Source: Octopus vulgaris (taxonomy: Eukaryota). From it: 64,000 nucleotides of DNA. Positions within the stretch are counted from its first letter, which is position 1, and each line of letters begins with the position of its first letter. Shown piece by piece: positions 12,716-30,158 of this stretch. A program made the position numbers and the translations under genes. Where the stretch lies: positions 87,420,001 to 87,484,000 of the forward strand of contig OX597819.1 of assembly GCA_951406725.2 (NCBI GenBank). The letters are read 5' to 3'. A model generated the notes under the pieces. It worked only from the letters and a program-made list of their open reading frames with translations, was not told the DNA's origin and ran no database searches.

Positions 12716-14984
12716 AAACCACATTCTATAACTATTATTATTGTTGTCATCCAGTAAGAATGTTACACATTATTCATGTGCATGCATGAAATAGTATGTA
12801 CGTGGGAGTTTTGTGGTTTCATTTTAAAAGTTAGCATTGATGTGAAAACCTAAGTTGCCAATTATTCAACAGCACCATTTTTTAGACAGAACTACTGCAC
12901 TACAGCCACAAAGCATGGTTAGCAAATAAATTGTGGGCTTGATGATATTTCCATTGCTATGACCTAATTGATATAACCTTTTGGAGAAATAAAAAGGTTT
13001 TTAAACTATTTGTCTCATCATCAACTTTTTATTTCTTTTTTTTTTTTTTTGTAATATAGATGCTAACATGGCTGTGTGGTTAAGAAGTTCACTTCCCAAC
13101 CATAAGCTTTCAGGTTCTATACCACTGCATGACAACATAACTAAGTATCTTCAATTACAATCTTGTGAGTTAAATTTTCTGGATGAAAATAGCATGGAAG
13201 AGTGTATATGCATACATATATAATATTATTTTGTTTAGGAATAGCAATACTAATAACCAATTGTTAGAACTCAACATACATACACTTCAGATTTTATATA
13301 TATTGATTGTTTATTTTTAAAATGACATTGTAGGGTAGGCATGAGAGAGCAGGTCTGGCCAGTCTGCATACAAAACTGGTGGAATATTTTGATCAGTTAT
13401 GGCCAGTCTAAATGCTAAACAGCTAAGCCACCATTTCAACATTTTATGTATTATACCCGGCCCAACATTATTATTTAGTTAACTTTTAAACCATGAATAT
13501 CTTGTACATGTTGCACAAATTGTGATGGTGGCAGGGTAATTAAAGTTTCAAACATGTGATTCTAATGCTCATGAGAACGAGGTAAGGGAAACTTGAGTTG
13601 CATTATTTACCAGCCAAATGACATAAATAGAGGTTTCCTCACTGGATTGGTACAAATTATTTTAATAATTATGGTGTGAATAACTTTACATGGGTATTGT
13701 ATACACTTACCAGATAGAATCATTATTATAATAGCAAAGAGAGAAAAAGAAAAGAGAAAACATTTATTATGGTACAAATATAATAAAAATATTTCTCCCT
13801 AACATTTTATCTTGCTATACACAATGTATACAGAATTGAACTTATTTCTTTTCAATCACTATACTTCAAGCATTCTCTATCTTTGTCATCATCATCATTT
13901 AATGTCCAATTTCCATGCTGGCACAGGTTGGATGATTTGACAAGAGCTGGCTAGGCAGAAGACTGCATCAGGCTTCAAGATACGTTTTGGCATGGGTTTT
14001 TATGGCTGGTTGCCCTTCCTAATACCAACCACCCAATGTAAAAAAAAAAAAAATAGAAAAGGAAATATTAGTTTCTTGTGCTGATTGATGCAAATATCAT
14101 TCAGTATGATAATGTTAATATTCCTGAAGCACCAGATAGACAGGAGAGGATAGGTTTTGAAACCTTGTTTGTATATTAAAATTTGGTTCACGCATCTAGA
14201 ATGGTGGTATTGATTGTACAACCACATTTGTATGCTGATCCTCATTTACAACCATCATACACTGTCTAGCACAAGGGTACACACAGACAAGCATGAGATG
14301 TGTGTGTGTGCGCGTGTGTGTGTGTGTATACACACACACACACACACACATACACATGAAGCGTTTTCTTCAGTTTCTATCTACCAAATCCACTCACAAG
14401 GTTTTGGTCAGCCCAGTGGGAGCTACAGCAGCACAGTGGGACTGAACTCAAAGCCACATAGTTGGAGAGGAAGCTTCCTAACCACACACCAGTGGCTATA
14501 AATGTTTACAGGTCACAATCAAATCATCCTTCCACAAATCCAAAATAATAATACATGACAACCAAATGAGTCAATATCATGAGCTGTATTGTGAAGCAAT
14601 TATTGGATTCAATTATATTGAATTTTTAAATAAATATTACAAATATATATATATATATTCTTTGGCTGCAGAAGGATGAAAGGTGAAGTCCATTGCAGCA
14701 AGATGTGAACTCAGAATATCAAGATATAATATACAACTCAATATCAGAAGGAATTTTGCCTGCCATCTCAGTGATTCTACAAATCCATCGATTCCATTAA
14801 TGTCAAATTAAATAATTAATAAATCATTAACATATCCATCTCAGCCATATTATTAAATATTCAAGCTTCTATATATCATTTCAAGCTAACTAGAAACATA
14901 ATACAGATGTTTACAAAACAGTTAGTTAATTAAACTGAAGAGAACTGGAAATGAAATTCTAGATTATGAAAATGTGGGTGTGTA

Positions 14985-15215
14985 TGAGTATATGGTACCA
15001 GAACATGAGCCTACAATGTACACCAGGTATGTGGAATGACATTCTTTTCAAAACGGATACACCTGATGATGTCATAAGGAAGATCTACAAAACAACCACT
15101 TGCATACTAATCTAAGTAAAATGCCTAAAGATATAACAACACTATTTCTAGATATAAGCATTCAGATAAAAAATAACAAATACATCACATTCATCTCCAC
15201 CAAAGACATTAATAA
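14985..15215 (+). pseudogene. Penelope-like element RT fragment
   Basis: PTMYTRYV[frameshift]DDILF followed by LFLDISIQIKNNKYITFISTK resembles the PLE RT motifs YxRYVDD and LPFLDxxI...TxVYxK. Confidence 0.5.
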
Positions 15216-15966
15216 ACACTCTGTACTTGGATAGAAAAATAAAATAGTCTAAATATTCTACTTTTAGGTTCTAACAACTAGATCTAGCCTCTCACAACTC
15301 ACCTACAATGTCATTCTAAAAATAAGAAGCATGTCAATGAAATCCCAAATAATGAGATAATGCATGATGAATTTAAAACAATGTGAATAAATAAGTATTA
15401 CATTTGACAAAGTTATCAGAATGCTAAAGGGTTAATATTTTGTAAAAGTGAGTCTCTAAGGCTATACTTCTTGTTAAAGACCAGAGAATATTTAATTAAC
15501 TCTAAACAAGGCACAAGTGTTGTTGTTTAGCCCACTTCAGGTCAGTTTTGACTGAGCAGACCCTTCCATTGTTTTTAAAAGCGTAAAGATATGACAACAC
15601 TAAAAATCATGTCCATTTCAGAAGAAACTGCTATTTCTAGCAAGTCAAGCAACCATGCAGAGATTTTATCTCTTTTAGTGCTAGTAACACTTGATGAATT
15701 AAGCCAAGAAATTTTTAGTTAGTTAAAATTTTCTTTTGATTAAAGAGTTTTTTTATTAAAATTTCTTTGTTTAATTAGCCCAAATATGCTAGTCAAGCAC
15801 TTGTCTTTATAATTAAAGTTTTCCTCCAGTAGGCATTCTTCCATATTTTTCCCTAGTCATGTAACTATTTTTATGGTTGGTTGCAACTCACCTGTCACAG
15901 CTAATCATTTGACCATGAAGTAGCGTTACCTTTTATATTTTACTTGTTTAAGTCACCAAACTGCAG

Positions 15967-16047
15967 ACAAGCATCATCATAATCATACAAACATCACCAT
16001 CATACAAGCATCATCATAATCATACAAACATCACCATCATACAAGCA
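15967..16047. repeat. Perfect 37-bp tandem duplication
   Basis: ACAAGCATCATCATAATCATACAAACATCACCATCAT twice, plus a partial third copy. Confidence 0.9.
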
Positions 16048-16194
16048 AGGTTCTTCATTTCCAGTCTTCTGTAAAAAACATGTCTAGCCATGGGGAAATA
16101 TTACCTTGTTTAAAAACAGGTGGGGGTCAGTGATAGGAAACATCTGTTTCTAAATAAGGTAATGTTTTCCCCATGACTTTTCAAATTCTACCAC

Positions 16195-16622
16195 AAGGGC
16201 AATAATTTGGGAGGAGGGTATGAGTCGATTACATCAACCCTAATGTTCAACTGGGACTTATTCTATCGACCCCAAAAGGATGAAAGGCAAGGTCAACTTT
16301 GGCAGAATTTGAACTCAGAATGTAGTGACAGGAGAAATACCACTAAGCATTTTGACTAGCATGCTAACGATTCTGCCAGCTTGTTCCCTCTCCTAAGTAA
16401 TAATAATAATCCTTTCTACTATAGGTACAAGGCCTGAAATTAGAGGGGTGGGACTAGTCAATTACATCAACCCCCAGTGTTTAACGTACTTATTTTATCA
16501 ACCCCAAAAGGGTGGAAGGCAAAGTTAATCTCAATGGAATTTGCACTCAGAATGTAACGATAGATGAAATGCCGCTAAGCATTTTGCCCAGCTTGCTAAT
16601 CATTCAGCCAGCCTGCCACCTT
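16195..16622 (-). mobile_element. Two tandem reverse SINE family B copies (CpG-decayed)
   Basis: Each carries GTACTTATT..ATC(G/A)ACCCCAAAAGG.TG.AAGGCAA.G...GAATTTG.ACTCAGAA, the reverse of the family-B core. Confidence 0.8.
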
Positions 16623-17119
16623 AATAACAATATGAAGAAGAAATAAAAATTAAGAAGCAAAAAAATAAAGCAAGGATAAATTTTTTTTTTTAAATTCAGT
16701 ATTTCTGACAAGCTTTGTGTGAAGGGAAAAACAGAAAAAAAATCTTTTAATTGGGATCTTGTCAGAAGCAGTGCAGGTAGCTACAAGAATTGTTTAGCTG
16801 TGAGGACTTTGATGTTGACAAGACTGTTAACCAAGTGTCTCTCTCTCTGAAATTGCCATTTCCCACCAAATATTGGGACAATATTTAAAATGAGTTCCTA
16901 GCCACCACTATTTCACTACACTACCACCACCACTACACACACCACTGAAGAATAAAGCAATCTTAGTTGGAAAAGAAAGGAACAGTAAAATAAATTAGAT
17001 AAGTTTTGGCACAAGGTCAGCAATTTCAGGGGAGAGGGTAAGACAAGTACATCAACTCCAGTGTGTAACTGGGGTTGATGTACTTATTTCATCAGTCCCG
17101 ATGAATATATTCATTTATT

Positions 17120-17333
17120 GTTTTACTTGTTTCAGTCATTTAACTGTAGCCATGCTGGAGCACCACCTTAAGGAGTTGTAGTCAAACAAATCGACCTCAA
17201 GGTTTACTGTTCGTAAGACTAGTACATATCCTATCAGTCTCTTTTGCCAAACCGCTAAGTTGCAGGGACATAAACACACCACATTGGTTGTCATGCAATG
17301 GTGATGAAAACAAACACACAAATATATATATAG

Positions 17334-17408
<75 letters not shown>

Positions 17409-17570
17409 CAGAGAGGCTTCTTTCAGTTTCTATCTACTAAATCCACTCATAAGGCCGTAGTTGGCCTGAGGTTATAGGAGAAGACACTTGCCCAAGGTGC
17501 CATGCAGTGGGACTGAACACAGCGCTATGTGGTTCGGATGTAATCTTATCACACAGCCACACCTTTGCCT
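17120..17570 (-). mobile_element. SINE family A, reverse
   Basis: Full reverse-complement layout, including the internal microsatellite. Confidence 0.8.
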
Positions 17571-17959
17571 ATGAGTATGGAAGTTTATATAAGCTATTCT
17601 ATCTAGCCTGTTGCAACAGAAGATGTCAGTACACAGTGAGATATTTAAACAAGGTGATTCTGAAGAGGGATATTTTCCTTGTTGTGATTAAATGCGAGCA
17701 AACAAACCCTGAAGCTATTACTACTGTCTGTGCTGTAGTTAACATTATCTATCACCAAGGAAACAGAAACACTTTAATGGATTAAGAGGATAAGACGAAA
17801 GGTGACAGGAGAGAGGGGAACAAAGTCACACACGCACATAAAGAAAACTAACAAGAAACATAAAACATTGCATGGTAAATTTGTTCATTTGTAATAGGAC
17901 CACAACACATTTTGGTCATTTGAAGTAGAACGAAAATTCTATAAGAATTAACTTAAAAT

Positions 17960-18133
17960 AGGTGCAGGCATGGCTATGCGGTTAAGAGGTTTGTTTCCCA
18001 GTCATGTGGGTTTCAGGTTCAGTCCCACTGTGTAGCACTTTGAGCAAATGTCTCCTAATTTGGCCCTAACCAGTGCCTTGCAAGTGAATTTGGAAAGTGG
18101 AAACAGGGTGGATGCCTATCATACGTGTATGCA

Positions 18134-18180
<47 letters not shown>

Positions 18181-18595
18181 ACGCACTCAACCACTTGACA
18201 ATCAATGTTGGTTTGTTTATGTCTCCATGACTTAGTGGTTCATTAAAAAAGACCAATAGAATAAGTATGAGACTTGAAAAATAAGTATTGAGTGTTGAGT
18301 GGCTCTCAACCAACTTTTTGCCCATGGACTCCCTTTTACTATTTTACTCCATAGCAATATAAATAAAATAGCAATTCAATATAAATAAAATAAAACCTGC
18401 TGTATTTTTATAATTAAATATTATTAGGAATTGAATAAAAAAAAAGTTAAAATATTTTGTGTAGTATAGAACTATAACCAAATTATTGCACATAAAGTTA
18501 ACAAAATCTAATATGGACCCCAGTTGAAAACCCTTCAGAGAGATCTCCCAGCAAGGCCACAGTCCTATAACTGAAAGGACTAAAAGATCAAAGAT
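17960..18595 (+). mobile_element. SINE family A carrying a nested hAT-type MITE (~18297-18535)
   Basis: The family-A tail is split by an element with ends GAGTGGCTCTCAACC and CAGTTGAAAACCCT. Confidence 0.65.
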
Positions 18596-18705
18596 ACTAC
18601 TTTGAATTTCCTTTATGCATATGAGCTAATGAGGGAGCCTCAACAGTCACTTGACCAGCTAGAAATAGAAGCTACATATTCGACTCACACTCTGCATAAG
18701 GACAT

Positions 18706-23051
<4,346 letters not shown>

Positions 23052-23139
23052 ATAGCTCACTAACTGATATATAGATAGATAGCTCATATATAAGCACAGA
23101 TCATACAGACAGAAAGCCTGAAGGCAAACAGATGTAGAC

Positions 23140-23397
23140 CATCATTTCTGAAGCATTTTTTGGACTATGGACCCCTCTGATTCCTGTTTTACTTTGATGG
23201 ACCCTCATAATCATTGAATGTTTTTAAAAAAATTCTATTGTAGTCTATAATTGACTTTTTATTAGGAAGTGTATAGAAAAATTGTTAATATATTTTGTAT
23301 ATTGTAGAAATACAACTGATTTATTGCACACATTTTAACAATAAAATCTAATATGATGCCACAAAGAGTCATATGGACTTTAGTTGAGAGCCATTGA
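23140..23397. mobile_element. hAT-type MITE (same family as 7294 and 59599)
   Basis: TATGGACCCC...TGATTCCTGTTTTACT body; end AGTTGAGAGCCATTG. Confidence 0.55.
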
Positions 23398-23483
23398 TGT
23401 AGATAGACAGATCATGTAGACAGATATAACATAGATAAACAATACAGAAAGAATGAATGAATAGATGGATAGATAGATAGATT

Positions 23484-23640
23484 GCTAGCCACTAAACCTT
23501 TTTTATTTTCTCTCTCAGTTTATTTCTGTGTTCCTTTCTGTCGAAGAGCGTAGGCTCGAAACGTAAAAGACTTTCTTACTTCCCGAGTGTTAAACTAATA
23601 CATCTATTTGTTGTTTACACACCCGTCTTTGTCTTGTTTT
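23484..23640 (+). mobile_element. Probable Penelope-like terminal repeat fragment containing a minimal hammerhead-like motif
   Basis: CTTT-CTGTCGA-A-GAGC-GTAG-GCTC-GAAA-CGTA-AAAG at 23534-23569, embedded between (GATA)n tracts. Confidence 0.5.
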
Positions 23641-25642
23641 GTTATCTATCTATCTATCTATCTATATATCTATCTATCTATCTGATAGATAGAGATATAG
23701 ATAGATAGATAGATAGATAGAGATATAGACAGACAGACAGACAGACAGACAGATAATATAAGCAGATAATATAATTAGATAGATAATATATATATAACAG
23801 TATACTAAGCTAGTCATTTGTAAAGATATAGATTATACAGAGTGATACAATATATAGAAAGATTATAAAGGTAGGTAACATCAATGCATAGGTAATATGA
23901 ATTAAATAGATAGACAAGTAACTAAACCTCATAGCAAGTAGTAGAAATTTTGTAATCATTTAAAATTTGAAAAGTTTCTTTTACATACCAAAATCAATGA
24001 TAAAAGAAATAACTTGCTCTGAGGGGTAAATAGTTTGACAACAATATTCAAATGGGATCATATTAAAAATTGGAAAATAAGGTCAGTATAACAAATAGAT
24101 TTCTGTCATGTACACAAACAATTTATTTGAATAGTCAGGTAAATAACTGTGACCTATATAAGCTTCCATATTACCATTTTACACATGGATGCTCTTCATA
24201 ATGACATTACATTAAGTCATTCTGTCATAAAGAAAAATCATTACATTTTTATATAGGAATTTCATGCTTTTAATGACATTCAAGTTTCCTAACCACCTTT
24301 CGCTCTCAAATGCTCCACCACCACTTTGTTAAGTGGCGGGCTTCTTTCATGTTCTTTTCTTGTTTTGCGAGTTACAGGGCATGACAAAAAGTACTCAGTA
24401 CACACTGTAAAGTAGCTGACACTAGGAAGGGCATCCAGCTGTAGAAACTGTACCAAAACTGACACTTAAACTCAATGCAGCCCTGTGGCTTACCAGATCC
24501 TGTTAAACTGTCCAACCTATACCAGCATGGAAAAATGATTTAGATGATGATGATCCAGAATTTTTGCTCTCTTTACAAATAATACAAACTAAGCACTATG
24601 ACCTGGCAACACCAGGTCATAGTGCTAGTGCATGCATATACAGCTGCATGTGTGCGCACATACATGCGAGTACTGTCCAAATCTCCGACCAATCACATAC
24701 AGCTAGCTGGCACTCAATTGGCGTATCAAGTTTCGGGCATTTTGATTAGGTTTTGGATAGAAAATTCACAAAAAAAAATCACTTCTATTGATTTTTTAAT
24801 GGCTTTGCAGGGTGACAGGGGAAATGTAAAGATGTGCACAACCACCCTTGGACGGTTTTGAATGACCATAGAAAATGCGAGTTCTCTAACTGAAAAATTG
24901 TGGATTTGTATAAAGGACACACACACAGACAGACATTTTGCCGTTTATATATATAGAAATAATTCTAATGCTAACTTTACTATTACACAGAGCCCACAAC
25001 AGAATCTTTATGTGGTCACTCAACCAGCAACAAAAAGTCAAATTAATCTGAAATCACACCCTCCTATCTTAAAATGAAAACACTGGATAATATAGACCCA
25101 TATGTACAAACAAAATCTACCATCCCCACCTGACTGCCCCTCCAAAAAAGAGATGGTCACAGCTGGAATGTTTTTGATCATAGGTTTGTTCAGTTGATTG
25201 TTTAAACCTAGTACTTATTGTAGTGGATTTGAAAACATGAAAGGTAAAGTTGGTCATGGTGGGATTTGAACACAGAAGAAAGAAGAGCCAGAAAGGAAAT
25301 TTGTCTGCTTTTAAAAAAATCATTAGTAACAATGAAGGCACACTCACACACACACGTGTATGTATGCATGTTTGTAGTACGTGTCTTCATTGCTATTAAT
25401 GATTTCCTAAAAGCAGGCAAATTGCTAACTGACCATGATGTATTCCTCCTACTAGTTGTAGATAGATTATGTGCTTTCAGCCATTTGTATCTGACGAGTC
25501 AACTATACAGCTAAGCGCTTTATAGGTGCGAAACCAATGTTCACTCTCAGACAGGCCATAACAATTAACTTCCAAAAAAATATATTATTGCTCAAATTTT
25601 TAACAGTATGCTTCTTTTTTTGATATATGAACTACTGACAAT

Positions 25643-25895
25643 CATCATCATCGTTTAACGTCCGTTTTCCATGCTAGCATGGGTTGGACAGTTCAACTGG
25701 GGTCTGGGAAGCCAGAAGGCTGCGCCAGGCTCAGTCTGATCTGGCAATGTTTCTACGGCTGGATGCCCTTCCTAACGCCAACCACTCCGTGAGTGTAGTG
25801 GGTGCTTTTTACGTGCCACCTGCACAGGTGCCAGACGAGGCTGGCAAACGGCCACGATCGGATGGTGCTTTTTACATGCCACCGGCACAGGGGCC
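25643..25895 (-). mobile_element. SINE family C, young reverse copy
   Basis: CATCATCATCGTTTAACGTCCG...GGATGCCCTTCCTAACGCCAACCA; a close reverse match to 58319-58563. Confidence 0.85.
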
Positions 25896-26360
25896 AACAC
25901 ATACACACACACATGTATTTACATACATGCATGCATATATACACACATCGAGACAAATAACAGCACAAACTAAACTAAATGAATTAAGACATCCAATCCA
26001 ATGTTCTATCTTAGTCATTTCCTAAACTCCTGAAGAAATACATCAACATGGTTTGATTTAGACACACGGCAAGTTTTCTTAATAGAGAAGACTAATTGAT
26101 TAAACCAACTAAAGTATATTAACATTTCATATTAGTTTTATAAACTCCATACAGTAAATAAAATTTTTTATATCTATTTTGATAGTGTTTAAAATCAGAA
26201 CATTTAAGTATCACACTAGATACAATAATACCTCTAGTCTAATGTCCTATCTCAGTCATCTCTGCCCATATAAGATAACTTTACAGAAAATATTACAAAG
26301 TAGCACAATAAAATTTACCTTACTCTTATATATCACTGACTTCGCAGTTTCCATTTAGAG

Positions 26361-26687
26361 CAGCGGCTCACAACTGGAGTCCAAGCAAGCAAAATAGTAA
26401 ACTGGGGATTCACAGTAGCATTTTAAATGTCCATGAGGAAACATTTTGCTTTAGATGCATTTAGTGCAAGAAACAACTAGGTTTCTTTCTCATATATTCT
26501 GCATATTTCAACAGGTTTCCATCCACTGAAACATCTTCTCTCAGAAGTGAATAGGTATAAAACACAACAGGAATTTTGGAAAAAGTAACTATAAAACTGG
26601 TCTTTAAACATCAAATGGCTATGGGGGTCCATCTGGGTAAAACAGCAACCAAAAGGGTTCATAGGCAAGAATGGTTGAGAATACCTA
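26361..26687. mobile_element. hAT (Charlie/Buster-type) MITE
   Basis: Ends CAGCGGCTCACAACT and GGTTGAGAATACCTA; flanks ATTTAGAG / ATCTAAAG (6/8 match, central TA). Confidence 0.6.
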
Positions 26688-27606
26688 ATCTAAAGTAATA
26701 CTGTTCAATGAGTATGTGCATTTAAATTTCCCTGATATTCTAGTTAAGTTGGTAGAAAATGGTGATCTTACCTAGGAAATTGTGCAGTGTTAGGATACAA
26801 ACTCAATTTTTCATCCAACAAAACATTACTTTACCTTTATCCACAAGGCCAATGCAAGCTATGGAATCAAGCCAGAATCAAGCTTCTGTTGATAAACAAC
26901 TATATTGAATAACTGGAAGTAACTAATTAATATCAGACAGCTAGAATAAGAGAATCAACTTACTATTTTATATGAGACTGCTATAATGGGAGATACATAA
27001 ACCAACATTTGATATAAGATAGTGGAGAAAACAAGATGACCGAAGATATATTAGTCACAAAAATATAAAAAGTACAATAGTGATCAAAATATAAAAGGAG
27101 CTATTCAGACAGAGAAGAGACTGACACAGATTGAAAAGCAAGATAAGATATCAATAGGGAAGTGCAGAATGACAAGGAAAGATATTATCACCCTTATAAT
27201 AATTGTTATTACAAGAACTGACAGAATATACCATAATGTAGGGTAAAAAAAGGTAACATATTCTAGCTAAACAATTGAATATTCAAAGCTAGTTTTAGTC
27301 AGATCATGAAAACCATCATCCCACCCCAACAACAGCCAACAATTCTACCATCATCAATAAGAAATATTAGATTAGATAACAGCTAATATGAGAGCCTCTT
27401 CATAATCACTTAACCTTCTAGAAATAGCATAATAGTATGGAGTACACTATGTCTGAAAGAAAGATGAGATGGTTAGGAGTAGAATGCTTTTGGACATAGA
27501 TCAGTCTGCTCAGGGATGACCCAGAATTAGGCAAAAGACAACCATTGTCAATGTATCATATATCTGAAAAAGAAACACACTGTAAACCATAGAGTAGTAA
27601 CGTGTT

Positions 27607-27950
27607 TATATGCAGTTAAATGTATGTCCAGTCATAGAATGACCAATGGTTTGGCATTCATAAGGAGCTTTAGCCCCCATGAACGTCTTGTTAGACTCTA
27701 AAGCCAAAGATATCTAACTCTTCACCTCTGAGAGGCAGGAATCCGTTATGGTCATTTGGTCAGTAAGTCACTGTCCAAATGTCTGTAACGGTGACTTGCT
27801 GACCAAATGACTAATGGGTTCCTGCCTCCCAGAGATGAGTTACATTTGTTTTTGGCTTTAGAGTATGACGAGACATCCATGGGGCTAGGCTCCTTGTGGA
27901 TGTGAAACCATTGGTCACTCTCTGACCAGACATAGACTTAACAACATATA
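27607..27950. repeat. Long imperfect inverted repeat (fold-back element)
   Basis: Arms ~27607-27774 and ~27788-27950 are complementary along their length; 13-nt loop. Confidence 0.9.
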
Positions 27951-28789
27951 TATATATATTCTTTTATTGGTTTCAGTCATTTGACTGCAGCCATACTGGA
28001 GCACTACCTTTAGTCGAAGAAATTGATGCCAGGACTTATTCTTTGTAGGCCTAGTTCTTATTCTATCAGTTTCCTTTGCTGAACTGCTAAGTTACAAGAA
28101 CATAAACACAGCAACATCGGTTGTCAAGTGATGGTGGGGGGACAAACACAGACACACAAACATATACACATGTATACATATATGTAACTGAAAGACTAAC
28201 ATGTATGTCTGTGTGTGTACATATGTGGTTATGTTTGTTGTAAAAAAAAAAGGCCACCCTGTAAAGTGGTTGGCATCTGGAAGAGCATCCAGCCATAAAA
28301 ACTGTGCCAAAGCAAACCTCATTAGTGCTGGTGCCTTGTAAAAAACACCCAGTCTACTCCGTAAAGCGGTTGGCGTTAGGAAGGTAGTTGGCATCCAGCC
28401 ATAAAAACCATGTAAAAGCAAACAGTGGAACTTGGTGCAGTCTTCTGACATACTAGCTCCTACCAAACCATCCAATCGATGCCAACATGGAAGATAGATG
28501 TTAAATTATGATGATGGTAATGAAATGTGCTTACACTGTCGGAAACGAATATCACCATCATGATATTTTTGCAATTTTCCAAGAAAACATGTCTAATTTT
28601 CAAGAAATATTACCTTGCATGAAAATAGGTGAGCTGTAGAAAATCTGCCTGAGTAAATTCCATCTGTATCATGTAAGCATGGAAAAGTGGACATTAAAAT
28701 AATGGATGTGTGTATCTTGCATTGACATCATATCAAGAAAATCTAAATGAATCATTATATATATATATATATAAGGATCCACTAATATT

Positions 28790-29220
28790 TCCTGCTGAAA
28801 AGTTCTTGGCTTTGGGTAAAAGAAAATACAAGAGGATCAGTTAATTATGATTTTATTCAACATATTCCCCTGTCAGATTCACACACTTATTGCAGTAGTC
28901 CTTCGGGTTTCCTAAGCCCAGTAAAAGAACTTGGAAGGTTGTGCCTCCAATTAGCCCTTTCATGATATCCTTAACCCTTTCAATACCAACCCAGCTGAAA
29001 CTGCCTCTGACTCTGTAGTACAAATGTCTTGTTTTCAAAAGTTCTCAATTAGAATCTTCCACCAAATCTTAGTCACAATTTATGTTCCTAACACTAGCTT
29101 AATAATAAATAAGTTATTTTACTAAATAACTTATTTAAACTTAATTGAAAGAAACACAAAGTATCTCAACAGAAATATGGTAACAAAAGGGTTAAAGCCA
29201 GAAACTTGTAAGCACTCTCT
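28790..29220 (+). mobile_element. Tc1/mariner-type MITE interrupted by a TTAA-type MITE
   Basis: Matches 41248-41474 up to CCTTAA (28974) and resumes AGCCAGAAACTT at 29196. Confidence 0.8.
28975..29191 (+). mobile_element. piggyBac-like MITE with TTAA TSD
   Basis: TTAA|CCCTTT...AAAAGGG|TTAA; related copies at 176-381 and ~7945-8130. Confidence 0.8.
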
Positions 29221-29478
29221 GATATATTTCCTTTTATATCAGTTACCATATGTTCTTTCATTCTATAGACTTATTGCAGCCCCAAATAATTCATAGCTTT
29301 ATGAATATCTTTATGAATAAAGCGTAACCTGTGAACTATGCACGTCCTATTTTAGCATGCAAATGAAAAGATAATAAAATATGAAAACAGAAAATGAACA
29401 CAACAAAATGTACTTAGTTTCTGTATAGATGTGTTGGAGACTAGCTGTGTACAGATTATGCAATTATGCATGTAATAG

Positions 29479-29520
<42 letters not shown>

Positions 29521-29824
29521 TTATTACCACTGTGTGTGAATGTGTATGCATATATGTATGCAAATGAGTGTGTTATGTTTATATAGGTGATATATAAACA
29601 CACAGACTGTATGTAAATTATATCATGCATCTATATTACATGTAAATAATTATTTTATTAGTAGCACTAAAAAATTTTCCCACATTCTCCAAGAGAACAT
29701 TCAGTGCAGAAAAAAACTAGTAGATTTCAACATACGCTTCTACAGGGTTTTTTTATTTTTATTTTGTCTTAAAACGTTGCATTCATTTCAATCACATGCT
29801 TAAACAGGCCATCACATATGTCTT

Positions 29825-30158
29825 ATCTTTTATTTGTTTCAATCATTGGACTGCAGCCATACTAGGGCACTGCCGTGATGGGGCACCACCTTGAAGAATC
29901 TAAGTGGAACAAATCGACCCCAGTACTATTTGTTTTAAGCCTGACACTTGTTCTATAGGTCACTTTTGTCGAACCGCTACCTTACGGGGACGTAAACACA
30001 CCAATACCGGTTGCCAAATGGTGGTGGTGGTGGGGTACAAACACAGACGAGCTTCTTTCAGTTTGCATCTACCAAATCCACAAAGTGCCACGCAGTGGGA
30101 CTGAATCCAGAACCATGTGGTTGGGAAACAATCTTACCACACAGCCACGCCTGCGCCT
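29825..30158 (-). mobile_element. SINE family A, reverse, internally deleted
   Basis: Reverse tail and head; CpGs are retained. Confidence 0.75.

Noticed and set aside
24660-24955. Possible Helitron/DINE-like element
   Set aside because: Single copy in the window; the terminal hallmarks could not be confirmed.
29247-29330. Possible upstream minus exon ending ATGAAAGAACATATG|GTAACT
   Set aside because: The phase fits the 9689 exon, but the splice signals are weak and there is no independent support.
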